DNA of 64,000 nt from Candidatus Multivoradales bacterium. GTDB taxonomy: Bacteria > Acidobacteriota > Thermoanaerobaculia > Multivoradales > JAHEKO01. Below, one piece after another: positions 49,105-58,591 of the stretch (its first letter is position 1; each line of letters opens with the position of its first letter). The position numbers were made by a program, and so were the translations under genes. The stretch lies in contig CBDCYF010000005.1 in the NCBI GenBank assembly GCA_965224065.1, forward strand, positions 3,596,491-3,660,490. Reading direction: 5' to 3'. Under the pieces are notes generated by a model. The model ran no database searches, was not told where the DNA came from, and worked only from the letters and a program-made list of their open reading frames with translations.

Positions 49105-50216
49105 TTTCCCGAACCGTTGCGGATCCGTGCGTAGCCCGGGCCGTCGAGCTGCTGCCGCCCCTTGAGGTCCGCCTCGACATCCTCTTCCCATGCGCCGGCG
49201 GCCGCACTGGGCCCGGCTTCGAGCATCAGCAGCTCGGCGCCAAATCCCGATCCGTACGAAAACGCCGCCACTCGCTGGCCGACGCCGAGGCCCTTGAGCG
49301 CGTTGGCGACGGAGATCCAGAGGCTGGCGGTGTAGGCGTTGCCGCACAGGCGGTTCCACACCATGGTCGGGCTCACCTTGTCGACAAAGAACTGCTCGAT
49401 GCGCTCGGCGTCCCAGCCGAAGAACTCTCCGATCCGGTAAACGGCTTTCTTGACCATCTTGGGAAACGGAACGTGGAAGCAGATGGCCGCAAGCTCCGAC
49501 ATGACCTTTTCCGGGTTCTCCTTGCCCACCAGTGCCTTGAAGCAGTTCTCGGCCGCGCGCTTGTAGCAGTCCAGCGACAGCGGGCCGTCGACCCGGGGAT
49601 AGCTTTCGCCGATCGGACGCCAGAAGTCGAACTCGGGCTCGCTCCACGGATAGGAGACCGGGTCGATCGAGGCAACACGGGGCTCGTCGATGACCATCGC
49701 TACGGCGCCGGCGCCCTGGGTCGGTTCCCCCGGGTCCCCCTGCTCATAAAGCGCCACATCCGCCGCCACGACCAGCGCCGCCTGATCGCGTGCCGCGCCC
49801 GACATTCGCCACTCGGTGGCCTGGCGGACCGCCAGCGTGCCGCCATAACAGGCGTGCTTGACCTCGTAAGAACGGACCGCGCCCTTGAGACCGAGCCGGT
49901 CGGCCACCCAGGCCGAGAGCGGACGGCTCATGTCCACCGCGGTCTCGGTCCCGACGGCGACCATGCCGATCTTTTTGAGATCGCCGCCCCAGCGCCGGAT
50001 GGCCCGCCGTGCCGCTTCGGTCGCCAGCTCGACGACGCCGTAGCCCGGGGGGCAGAGCGACATGGCCTCACAGCCCAGACCTTGGGTGTACTTCTTGGGG
50101 TCCTGACCGCGCAGCGGCGCCAGCTCGGCGACCGGCATCGCCAGCGGCGGGAAATGGAGGCCGATCGAAGAGATCCCGGTCGGGGCGATCGCGGGGGCTG
50201 CGGTGGTCATTTCCAT
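49101..50216 (-). CDS. mvaS: Hydroxymethylglutaryl-CoA synthase
   Basis: GTETAVD, KHACYGGT (catalytic Cys), GEPTQGAGAVAM, DFWRP, FHVPFPKM, GNAYTASL. Confidence 0.88.
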   Translation of the reverse strand: MEMTTAAPAIAPTGISSIGLHFPPLAMPVAELAPLRGQDPKKYTQGLGCEAMSLCPPGYGVVELATEAARRAIRRWGGDLKKIGMVAVGTETAVDMSRPLSAWVADRLGLKGAVRSYEVKHACYGGTLAVRQATEWRMSGAARDQAALVVAADVALYEQGDPGEPTQGAGAVAMVIDEPRVASIDPVSYPWSEPEFDFWRPIGESYPRVDGPLSLDCYKRAAENCFKALVGKENPEKVMSELAAICFHVPFPKMVKKAVYRIGEFFGWDAERIEQFFVDKVSPTMVWNRLCGNAYTASLWISVANALKGLGVGQRVAAFSYGSGFGAELLMLEAGPSAAAGAWEEDVEADLKGRQQLDGPGYARIRNGSGK

Positions 50217-50225
50217 GTCCTCCCT

Positions 50226-50245
50226 TCAACGGCATAAACCGTTGA
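50226..50245. promoter_or_regulatory. Inverted repeat upstream of the mvaS RBS (operator or leader hairpin)
   Basis: TCAACGG-CATAAA-CCGTTGA. Confidence 0.35.
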
Positions 50246-50317
50246 GCCATAGAAAGTTGGCGGAGCCTAGCATAGTTCCGACCGGGCGGTTAAGTAAGCC
50301 CTTTAGAATGCCGCCCT

Positions 50318-52795
50318 GTGGCGGCTCGAGGGAATACCCGCAGACGGTGGCTGGGGGTCGGGGTTCTTGTGGCTTTCGCCGCCCTGCTCCTCGCGATCGT
50401 CTTTGCGGCCTGGGCCGCCCGGCGGCTGCGTGCCAGCCTGCCGCAACTCGACGGCGAGATCGTCCTGGACGGCCTCGAGGCACCGGTACGGATCGAGCGC
50501 GACGAGTTGGGTGTCCCCACGATCCGGGCCGCAAGCGAGGCCGACGCGGTTCGCGCCCTGGGGTTTCTTCACGCCCAGGATCGTTTCTTCCAGATGGATC
50601 TGACGCGCCGCCAGACCGCCGGCGAGCTGGCGGAGGTGCTGGGCGAGGCGGCGCTACCTTCCGACCGGCGGTTCCGCGTCCACCGTCTCCGGTACCGCGC
50701 GCGAACCCTCCTCGATGAGCTCCCGCGTGAGGAGCGGGTCCTGGCCGAGGCCTACACCCAGGGGGTCAACGCTGGACTGGCCTCGCTCGGTGCAAGGCCC
50801 TTCGAGTACGACGTGCTGCGGGCCGACCCGCGGCCGTGGAGCACGGAGGACACTTTTCTGACGGTCTACGCGATGTACTTTCAGCTCAACGACTACCGGG
50901 CCAACCGCGAGTCCTTTGGCGGATTGATCTACGACCTCCTCGGTCCCGAGATGTACGATTTTCTTCTTCCGCTGGGGACCGAGTGGGACGCGGCGATCGA
51001 TGGGACACTCTTCGAGCAACCGCTGGTGCCACCGGCGGAGATCTTCGATCTGCGGGAGTTGCCCCAACCGGATACCGAAGTGGCGACGCTTGGTCCGCCG
51101 CCGCGCCTGGCCGGAGGGGAGCGGATGCCGCCGGCCGCGGGAAGCAACAATTGGGCGGTGGCCGGCGCTCACACCGTCCATGGTGGCGCGCTGCTGGCCA
51201 ACGACATGCACCTCGGCCTGAGCGTCCCGAACATCTGGTATCGAGCCTCGATCGTCATACCCCCGGTGGATGGCGGGGAGTCTGTCGGCCGAGAGGCCGA
51301 AGGCGGGTCGCGGATTCCCACGCTGACCGGCGTGACCCTGCCCGGCACGCCGTTTGTGATCGCCGGCAGCAACGGCGCGGTCGCCTGGGGGTTCACCAAC
51401 ACCTGGGGGGATTGGGAGGACCTGGTGGTGTTGGAGCCCGTCCCGGGCGATCCCGACGCCTACCGGTCTCCCGGTGGCCCGCGGACCCTCGAACGGCACC
51501 ACGAGCGCATCGTCGTTCGAGACGGCGAAGACGATGTGGTCGAGGTCGAAGCGACGATCTGGGGACCGGTGGTCGACACCGATCATCGCGGCCGGAAGCG
51601 CGCCCTGCGCTGGATCGCCCATGACCGCCGGGGCGTGACCTTCGCCCTGCGCGAGCTGCGAACCGCGGCCACCGTAGAGGAAGCGATCGGAATCGCCAAC
51701 CGGGTGGGGGCGCCGCCCCAGAATTTTGTGGTCGCCGATTCCTCCGGGCGAATCGGCTGGACGGTCATGGGGCCTGTCCCGCGACGCTTTGGCCACGACG
51801 GGCGCCGGCCGGCGTCGTGGGCCGACGGCGCCCGGGGATGGGACGGGTGGCTCGAGCCGTCCGAGTACCCGCGGATCCTCGACCCCCCGGTTGGGCGCAT
51901 CTGGACCGCCAACAGCCGGGTGGTGGGCGGAGAGATGATGGAGAAGATCGGCGTCGGGGTCTACCGGTTGGGGGCGCGCGGCCGGCAGATCCGCGACGAT
52001 CTGATGGAGCTCGATCGGGCCTCGGAGACGGCCCTCCTGGCGGTCCAGCTCGACGACCGCGCGCTGTTCCTCGAGCGCTGGCGCCGGCTGCTCCTCGACG
52101 TGCTCGACGAGGACGCGCTCGCCGGCGAGCCCGCCCGCCGGGAGCTACGCCGCTTGGCCGAACACTGGGGTGGCCGCGCCACAGTCGACTCCGCCGGCTA
52201 CCGCCTGGTGCGGGCGTTTCGGCTGTTTCTGGCGGACGACTTGCTGGGCGCCATCACCGCCGTGTGCAAGAAGGCCGACGATCGGTTCGACTTCGGTCTG
52301 CTGGGTCAATACGAGGGCCCGTTGTGGACGCTGGTGAGCGAGCGGCCGGCGCACTTTGTGGCGCCGCCACACGAAAGCTGGGACCGGCAGCTCCTGGCGG
52401 CCGTCGACCGTGTCCTCGAATACTTCTCGCAGGATGGCGAGCCGCTGGCGGAGCAGACGTGGGGCCGGCGAAACACCGCGCGGATTCAGCATCCGCTGAG
52501 CCGTGTCGCGCCGTTTGCCGGCCGGTGGCTCGACATGCCGTCCGACCGGCTCCCGGGCGACGCCAACATGCCGCGTTACCAAGCGCCGGCCGAAGGCGCG
52601 TCCGAGCGGATGGTGGTCTCACCCGGGCGCGAAGAGGACGGCATCTTTCACATGCCGACGGGTCAGAGCGGTCATCCGCTGTCGCCCTTCTATCGCAAGG
52701 GGCACGACGCCTGGGTTCACGGCAAGCCGACGCCGTTTCTGCCCGGGCCGGTGGCGCATACCCTGACCCTGGTGCCGCGGGACTCGGGATCCTGA
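50318..52795 (+). CDS. Penicillin acylase / AHL acylase family Ntn-hydrolase (S45)
   Basis: N-terminal TM; GFLHAQDRFFQMD; GSNNWAV (catalytic Ser); LANDMHL; IWTANSR; ASERMVV, GQSGHPLSPFY. Confidence 0.93.
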   Translation: MAARGNTRRRWLGVGVLVAFAALLLAIVFAAWAARRLRASLPQLDGEIVLDGLEAPVRIERDELGVPTIRAASEADAVRALGFLHAQDRFFQMDLTRRQTAGELAEVLGEAALPSDRRFRVHRLRYRARTLLDELPREERVLAEAYTQGVNAGLASLGARPFEYDVLRADPRPWSTEDTFLTVYAMYFQLNDYRANRESFGGLIYDLLGPEMYDFLLPLGTEWDAAIDGTLFEQPLVPPAEIFDLRELPQPDTEVATLGPPPRLAGGERMPPAAGSNNWAVAGAHTVHGGALLANDMHLGLSVPNIWYRASIVIPPVDGGESVGREAEGGSRIPTLTGVTLPGTPFVIAGSNGAVAWGFTNTWGDWEDLVVLEPVPGDPDAYRSPGGPRTLERHHERIVVRDGEDDVVEVEATIWGPVVDTDHRGRKRALRWIAHDRRGVTFALRELRTAATVEEAIGIANRVGAPPQNFVVADSSGRIGWTVMGPVPRRFGHDGRRPASWADGARGWDGWLEPSEYPRILDPPVGRIWTANSRVVGGEMMEKIGVGVYRLGARGRQIRDDLMELDRASETALLAVQLDDRALFLERWRRLLLDVLDEDALAGEPARRELRRLAEHWGGRATVDSAGYRLVRAFRLFLADDLLGAITAVCKKADDRFDFGLLGQYEGPLWTLVSERPAHFVAPPHESWDRQLLAAVDRVLEYFSQDGEPLAEQTWGRRNTARIQHPLSRVAPFAGRWLDMPSDRLPGDANMPRYQAPAEGASERMVVSPGREEDGIFHMPTGQSGHPLSPFYRKGHDAWVHGKPTPFLPGPVAHTLTLVPRDSGS

Positions 52796-52856
52796 ACGGG
52801 CGGGGGCAAGCCCCGCCCCTCGGGATCCTGAACGGGCGGGGGCAAGCCCCGCCCCT
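52783..52856 (+). repeat. Perfect 36-bp tandem duplication spanning the acylase stop codon and a REP
   Basis: CTCGGGATCCTGAACGGGCGGGGGCAAGCCCCGCCC twice (52783-52818, 52819-52854). Confidence 0.9.
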
Positions 52857-52938
52857 ACACAAACGGGAAGCCGTTGGGCCGGGCTTGCCCCGGTCCCAAA
52901 AAAAAAAGAATTTGTAGGGGCGGGGCTTGCCCCCGCCC
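52834..52938. repeat. GTAG-family REP doublet (BIME/REPIN-like)
   Basis: GGGCGGGGGCAAGCCCCGCCCCTAC (52834-52858) and its exact reverse complement GTAGGGGCGGGGCTTGCCCCCGCCC (52914-52938), with a degenerate copy between them (about 52876-52897). Confidence 0.85.
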
Positions 52939-52944
52939 GCCGCC

Positions 52945-53958
52945 CTAGAGCTCCAACTGCTCGGGGCCGTTCTCGGCGTCCCCCGATTCCGACTCCTCGT
53001 CGGACCCCTCGATGAACATGTAGCGGCCGATGCCGCGCACGTACTGGAACCCTCGCGCGGTCCGGCCGGCGTCGCGCAGTTGCGCGAGCTTGGAGTCCAG
53101 GTTGTCGATCATGTGGAGCGCCAGCGCCTCGGCGGTCATCGGCTCGACCGGCGCGCCGTATTCACGACGCCCCTGGTGCGAGAGTACGAGGTGCTCCAGA
53201 TGGAGCTTGGTCTCCTCTGGAATCTCGGGCACCTCGGGCCACAGCTCGCGGAGCAGGTCGCGCCCGATCACGATGTGCCCCACCAGACGCCCGTTGGGGG
53301 TGTATTCGTTGGTCGGCATGGCGCCGATCTCGAGCAGCTTCCCGAGATCGTGGAACAGCACCCCGAGCAGCAGCAACTCGTGATCCAGCTCTTTGTAGTG
53401 CTTGCCGAGCGCGAGAGCGAGCTCGGCCATCGACACCGTGTGCTCGAGCAGACCGCCTCGGTAGGCGTGGTGAATCGACTTGGCCGCCGGGTGCTCGCGC
53501 AGCTTGCCGCCGTGGAGATCGAGCGCCAGCGCCGCGAGCTTGGCATAGCCGGGGTGGGTGATCTCGCCGCCGCGGTAGATCTTCTCCAGACGCGTCCAGA
53601 GGTCGTCGATGTTCTCCCGTGTCGTAGGAACGAGCGCCGCTTCGTCGAAACCCAGCTCCCGGTCGGCCTCCGTGACCTTGCGGCAGTTGAGGACCGAAAG
53701 CTGGATGCGGTCCCGAAAGCTCTTGACCAGTCCTTTGAAGGCGACAAAGTCGCCCGCTTCGTAGTCGCCGTTTATAGCCTTGCTGTCGCCCCACACCTTG
53801 CCGACGATGCGCCCGGTGGCGTCCACCAGATCGAGATCCAAGTAGTCGTTGGCGTTGCGATCCTGACGCTTTTCCTTGCGCGCCAGCAGCGCGAATCCCG
53901 CCACCGTCTCGCCGGACTGCCACTCGGCGATGGGTCGCGCCTTTTTTGTGTCGGGCAC
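52945..53958 (-). CDS. yhaM: YhaM-family 3'-5' exoribonuclease (OB fold + HD domain)
   Basis: DATGRIVGKVW OB fold; PAAKSIHHAYRGGLLEHT; LFHDLGK; LVGHI; LSHQG; LHMIDNLDSK. Confidence 0.88.
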   Translation of the reverse strand: MPDTKKARPIAEWQSGETVAGFALLARKEKRQDRNANDYLDLDLVDATGRIVGKVWGDSKAINGDYEAGDFVAFKGLVKSFRDRIQLSVLNCRKVTEADRELGFDEAALVPTTRENIDDLWTRLEKIYRGGEITHPGYAKLAALALDLHGGKLREHPAAKSIHHAYRGGLLEHTVSMAELALALGKHYKELDHELLLLGVLFHDLGKLLEIGAMPTNEYTPNGRLVGHIVIGRDLLRELWPEVPEIPEETKLHLEHLVLSHQGRREYGAPVEPMTAEALALHMIDNLDSKLAQLRDAGRTARGFQYVRGIGRYMFIEGSDEESESGDAENGPEQLEL

Positions 53959-54125
53959 CGGTTTTTGGTTCCGTCGGAAACTCGGTCAACCGTATCTTCG
54001 GTTGCGAGCGTAGGTACTATAGCCCGGATCCGGGACGCGTTTACCGGACCCGGAACCCGCGGTAGGGACGATCTGGCAGTCGACTTGCAGTCCCTCGCAA
54101 GGGAGAACAAAAGGGGAACGAGTTG

Positions 54126-56723
54126 ATGGTGGAGAATCCAGATCGAGGCGACCTGCGAGCCGTTCAAAGAGCTGTCGTGTTGGGGGCTACGGTGGCCCTC
54201 GCGCTGTGGTTGGCGCTGCCAGCCGGAGTGGCCGGCTCGCCGCCGGGCTCGCCCGACGGCGAGGACGATCCCGTCCTCTGGCCGGAGCGCCAGCGCGAGT
54301 TTCTTCTCGACGGGGCGGGGTTCCTGCTGTCCCGCGAGGAGCGGGCCGAGTTGCTGGCTACGGCACCCGACGAGCGGCAGGCCTGGATCGATGCGTTTCT
54401 GGGCCGTGATCCGGCGCCCGAGACGAAGGCCAATGAGCTGGAGCTGGCCATCGCATCGCGCCGGCGACTGGTTGAAGCCGACTTCCTCAGTTACCTCGAC
54501 GATCGCGCGAGGGTGCTTTTTTTGCACGGTCCGCCGAGCGAAAAACACGTCATCGAGTGCGGGCAGACGTTCGAGCCCCTCGAGATCTGGCGCTACGGGG
54601 AAGAGGAAATAAAACGCAGCCTGCTCTTCTACCGTGATGGTGAGGGGGGAATCTACCGGCTGTGGCGGCCGCTCGACTCCAAGCGGGTGCTCTACACACG
54701 CGAGATGGAATATTGGCTGGAGCAGTGGGAGGAGATCCGGAAATTTACGTGGGTCAGGCGTTTTGACCTCCAGTCGTGTGAAGAGACCCCACTGGTGGAC
54801 AACGCCACCGGGGTCGAGGCCCTCTACGGATTTCGCAAGCAGCGCCCGACCAACACTGAGATCGAGAGGTTCATCGCGCCGCCGAAAGACATCGCCCGCT
54901 GGGCGCTCGGCGTGCGCGAGGACGAAACCGGTACCACGGGTGAGCTGACGATTTCGGCCGTGGACATCCAGTTTCCCGACCGCGTCCGGCAGCGGATCGT
55001 CACCCGGCTCTTCTTGACCGTGCCACCCGAGGCCGAGCTGGGTGTCGAAGCACCCGACGAGGACTCGGATCCCGAGCACCGACTGACGGTGGAAGGGTTG
55101 GTCGAGCAGGAAGGAGATGTCTTTGAGGACTTCCGGGCGCGTTTTCGGTTGCCGGCCTCCGCAGAGGAACGGCAACCCATCGCTCTGGCGATCGAACGAG
55201 CCCTTCGGCCGGGGCGCGCGTATTTGCTCCGGCTTCGCGTCGTCGACGAGATCGGCGGCGGCCAGACGGTGATCGCGAATGGCATCCGGGTACCCGCCGA
55301 GCCCGAGGAGATTGAAGAGTTGCCGGTGCCCGAGGATGTCATCGTCTCGATGGGTGAACGGTTGGCAGAAAATCGCCTCGCCGGCAGAGACAGCCTGTTG
55401 CTGGCGCCGCCCAACACCGATGTCATCCTCGGTGTCTGGCGGGCCGATACCCTGATCTCGGGCGAGAGCATCAAGAAGGTGGTCTTCTTGGTCGACGGCG
55501 AGCCCCAGCTCTCGAAGACCAAGCCGCCGTTCTCGGTCGAGCTGCGGCTGGCCGAGTACCCGCGCGAGCAGGTGATCCGGGCGGAGGGCTACGATTCCGA
55601 AGGCAACCTCGTGGCTTCGGATGAAGTCGTCCTCAACCAGCCGAGGGGGAGCTTCCGGGTCCGAATCGTCGAACCGCGCCGGGGCGCGAAGGCGAACGGT
55701 CCAACGACGGCCCGTGCCGAAATCGTGCTGCCCGAAGAGCGGCGTGTCGAAAAGGTCGAGTTCCATCTCGACAACGAGATGGTCGCCACCGTGACCAAGC
55801 CACCCTGGGAAGCCGAAGTAAACGTCCCGGAGAGCGCCGAGACCTCGTATCTGAGCGCGGTCGTGATCCTCGACGACGGCAGCCGCGCCGAAGACGTGCG
55901 TTTCTTGAACGCGCCTCTCTATCTGGAAGAGGTGGACGTCGACCTGGTGGAGCTGATGACCACGGTGCTCGACTCCACGACTAACCGGCCGGTCTCCGGG
56001 CTGGAGCGGGAGAGCTTTCAGGTCTTCGAGGACGGCCGTCCGCAAGAGATCGATAAATTCGAGCTGGTCGAGGATCTGCCGCTGGCGCTCGGGATCGCGA
56101 TCGATACCTCGGGCTCGATGGCTTCGTCGCTGGGCATCGCCAAGGAGGCGGCCAATGGCTTTCTTTCCAAGGTCATCACCAGCCGCGACCGCGTCTTCGC
56201 TCTGAGCTTCGCCGGCGAGCCGGTTCTGCTCATCCCACCGACCGACGATCTGCGGGCGATCGAGGCATCGCTAGAGGGCCTGCAGTCGGTTGGCTGGACC
56301 GCGCTTCACGACGCGGTGGTCACCAGCCTCTACTACTTCCGCGCCACCCGCGGCCGGCGAGCGCTCATCCTGCTCTCCGACGGCGACGACACTTCGAGCT
56401 TCTACGCCTACCGCGATGTTCTGGAATACGCGCGCCGGAGCGGCGTGGTGATCTATTCGATCGGGGTCGGGGTAGGAGCCAACGTGGGCCTCAGGCGCAA
56501 GCTCGGTTCGCTGGCGTCCGAGACCGGCGGGCGGGCCTTTTACATCAAGGGCATCGAGGAGCTGACCTCTGTCTACCGGCAGATCGAAGACGAGCTGCGC
56601 AGCCAGTATCTGCTGACCTATACCTCTGACAACACCGCCGACCGTGAGTCCTTCCGCGAGGTGGAGGTCAAGGTCAAAGGCGGTAGAATGAAAGCCCGCA
56701 CCCTCCGCGGGTACTATCCTTAG
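54126..56723 (+). CDS. GWxTD-like domain + Ig-like + acidobacterial VWFA domain protein
   Basis: Signal/TM; DDRARVLFLHGPP..EIWRY; Ig-like repeats; FEDGRPQEI, IAIDTSGSM, TALHDA, LSDGDD, TGGRAF, ELRSQYLLTY, RTLRGYY. Confidence 0.85.
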   Translation: MVENPDRGDLRAVQRAVVLGATVALALWLALPAGVAGSPPGSPDGEDDPVLWPERQREFLLDGAGFLLSREERAELLATAPDERQAWIDAFLGRDPAPETKANELELAIASRRRLVEADFLSYLDDRARVLFLHGPPSEKHVIECGQTFEPLEIWRYGEEEIKRSLLFYRDGEGGIYRLWRPLDSKRVLYTREMEYWLEQWEEIRKFTWVRRFDLQSCEETPLVDNATGVEALYGFRKQRPTNTEIERFIAPPKDIARWALGVREDETGTTGELTISAVDIQFPDRVRQRIVTRLFLTVPPEAELGVEAPDEDSDPEHRLTVEGLVEQEGDVFEDFRARFRLPASAEERQPIALAIERALRPGRAYLLRLRVVDEIGGGQTVIANGIRVPAEPEEIEELPVPEDVIVSMGERLAENRLAGRDSLLLAPPNTDVILGVWRADTLISGESIKKVVFLVDGEPQLSKTKPPFSVELRLAEYPREQVIRAEGYDSEGNLVASDEVVLNQPRGSFRVRIVEPRRGAKANGPTTARAEIVLPEERRVEKVEFHLDNEMVATVTKPPWEAEVNVPESAETSYLSAVVILDDGSRAEDVRFLNAPLYLEEVDVDLVELMTTVLDSTTNRPVSGLERESFQVFEDGRPQEIDKFELVEDLPLALGIAIDTSGSMASSLGIAKEAANGFLSKVITSRDRVFALSFAGEPVLLIPPTDDLRAIEASLEGLQSVGWTALHDAVVTSLYYFRATRGRRALILLSDGDDTSSFYAYRDVLEYARRSGVVIYSIGVGVGANVGLRRKLGSLASETGGRAFYIKGIEELTSVYRQIEDELRSQYLLTYTSDNTADRESFREVEVKVKGGRMKARTLRGYYP

Positions 56724-56737
56724 CCTTCGCCTTATTG

Positions 56738-57499
56738 ATGTTTCTTTCGATCGAACCCCTACGCCCGGCGTGCTTCACACGCCGTAGCGTCGCGGCGGGC
56801 TTTGTGGCCTCGCTGTTGTGCTTTGCGGTCGTTCTTTCGGCGTCGGGGCCGCCCGACGAGAGGGCGTCGGACAGGGGTGCTCTGGTGATGGAGTTTCCTC
56901 GGTACAACACCGAGTATCGGGGTCTGGTGGCCGAGCTTCAAGCGGTGGATGCGGGCGGACTGACCGTCGAGCTCACATCGCCCGAGCACGAGCTCACCGT
57001 TCTCGGCCACCGACTGTCCCTGTGGGCCGGAAAAGACGGTCTCCACGACGCCCGGCTGGAAGCAACCTTTCGCGGCAGCGGAGAGCTCATCGCCGAGGTT
57101 CGCATGGGGTCATTTCCGGCCCGTCTGGACGACCGGGTGACCATTCTCGAGCAGAGCAAGATCGTCGACGCCGTGGTGCGGGTCGTACCCGATCCCGAGG
57201 GGTACATGGTCACCCTCGAGGAACGGCCCGACTCCGTCGATGTGGCGATCGAAAGCGAGCTGGCCGACGGGCTGGTGTCGCTCTGTGGTGGCTTCTCGCT
57301 TTTTCTCGGCAGCCGCGCCGCCTGCGATGGCTTGGAGACCTTGCTCAACAACCCCAGGGTGCCCATGCCGGAGCCGGGCACCGAGTTCCTGGTCCACCGG
57401 GACTACTTCACCGAGGCCGAACGGGCACGGATCGATGGATTTCTCGGCTTCCCGACCGAAGGAACTGAGCGGCAAACTCCCAAAGAGGGACGAGTATGA
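56738..57499 (+). CDS. Hypothetical exported protein
   Basis: Hydrophobic N-terminus, coding-like composition; ATGA-coupled to the next gene. Confidence 0.6.
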   Translation: MFLSIEPLRPACFTRRSVAAGFVASLLCFAVVLSASGPPDERASDRGALVMEFPRYNTEYRGLVAELQAVDAGGLTVELTSPEHELTVLGHRLSLWAGKDGLHDARLEATFRGSGELIAEVRMGSFPARLDDRVTILEQSKIVDAVVRVVPDPEGYMVTLEERPDSVDVAIESELADGLVSLCGGFSLFLGSRAACDGLETLLNNPRVPMPEPGTEFLVHRDYFTEAERARIDGFLGFPTEGTERQTPKEGRV

Positions 57500-57864
57500 G
57501 TGAGAAGGGCGCCAAGCGGTTCGCGGGCCGGCTGGACCCGGCCAACTACTCCGGCGACGCGCAGGTTCACTTTGGGGTCTCGGCTCCGGGCGGCGAGCCG
57601 GAAGAGTGGTCGGGTTTCCCCGAAAGGCTCGTGGCGCGCCTCAACAACCTGGGTGTCGCCTACGAGCTCCATCACGTCTCGCTTCTCGATATCTACGACG
57701 ACACGCGCTTCAACAGCACCCAGTGCCGGAAGCTCCGCGACGAGCTGGCCTTTCTCTCCGGAGTCGTCAAAGACCCGACGCTCACCGATCTGGTCAAGAC
57801 CGTTCACGCCCTCGCGGGTCAGGTCTCCTCGACCGGCAGTCGTTTGGTCATCAGCGGGAACTGA
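57496..57864 (+). CDS. Hypothetical protein (122 aa)
   Basis: GAGGGA RBS, ATGA overlap, coding-like composition. Confidence 0.65.
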   Translation: MSEKGAKRFAGRLDPANYSGDAQVHFGVSAPGGEPEEWSGFPERLVARLNNLGVAYELHHVSLLDIYDDTRFNSTQCRKLRDELAFLSGVVKDPTLTDLVKTVHALAGQVSSTGSRLVISGN

Positions 57865-57888
57865 AGCGGCCGGCGTGGCCGGACGCCC

Positions 57889-57913
57889 GGGCCGGGGCAA
57901 GCCCGGCCCCTAC
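57889..57913 (-). repeat. GTAG-family REP element
   Basis: Minus strand GTAGGGGCCGGGCTTGCCCCGGCCC, a close variant of the REPs at 52834-52938. Confidence 0.8.
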
Positions 57914-57958
57914 ACGGCGAAGATCCTCCCGCCACCGGCTTATGATCTGGAGAGGCGA

Positions 57959-58510
57959 ATGGTGAACAATCGTCGCGATCTGACCCACAGACTCGCCACC
58001 ATGGCGGACCTCGATGGTCTCGAGGCCCTGATGGACGCGTCGATCCGGGGGCTGATCGGAGCGTACTTCGACCGCGAGCACGTGGAGGCGTCGTTCGAGA
58101 TCATGGGTGTCGATACGCAACTGATCCAGGACGGAACGTACTTTGCCGTAGAGAGTGACCACCGGCTTGCCGGTTGCGGAGGCTGGAGCCGGCGCGCCAC
58201 ACTCTTTGGCGGCGACCACTCGGCAGGCCGGGACGCCCGGCTCCTCGATCCGGCGACCGAGCCGGCCCGCATTCGGGCGATGTACACGCACCCGGACTAT
58301 GCGCGGCGAGGTGTCGGGCGGTTGGTTCTGTCTCTGTGTGAAGCGGCGGCAGCCGAAGAGGGCTTTGGATCACTCGAGCTGGTGGCGACGGTGGCGGGTG
58401 AGCCCTTCTATCGGGCCTGCGGGTTTTCGATCACCGAGAGAATCGACGTGCCGACCTCCAAGGGAGTCACGATTCCGTGTGCCCGTATGGTGAAGGCTAT
58501 CCGCAAGTGA
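57959..58510 (+). CDS. GNAT family N-acetyltransferase
   Basis: GVDTQLIQDGTY, GCGGWSRR, IRAMYTHPDYARRGVGR (acetyl-CoA motif A), GEPFYRACGF. Confidence 0.9.
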   Translation: MVNNRRDLTHRLATMADLDGLEALMDASIRGLIGAYFDREHVEASFEIMGVDTQLIQDGTYFAVESDHRLAGCGGWSRRATLFGGDHSAGRDARLLDPATEPARIRAMYTHPDYARRGVGRLVLSLCEAAAAEEGFGSLELVATVAGEPFYRACGFSITERIDVPTSKGVTIPCARMVKAIRK

Positions 58511-58591
58511 TGTTTCTTTTCCCCTCTCTGATTTTGATCGTCGCCGTTGTGAGATGAGTACAAAAGGCACACATTATGCTAATATGCCGTA

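Noticed and set aside
52783-52938. CRISPR array
   Set aside because: The repeats are adjacent or inverted with no unique spacers, and there are no cas genes; this is REP architecture.
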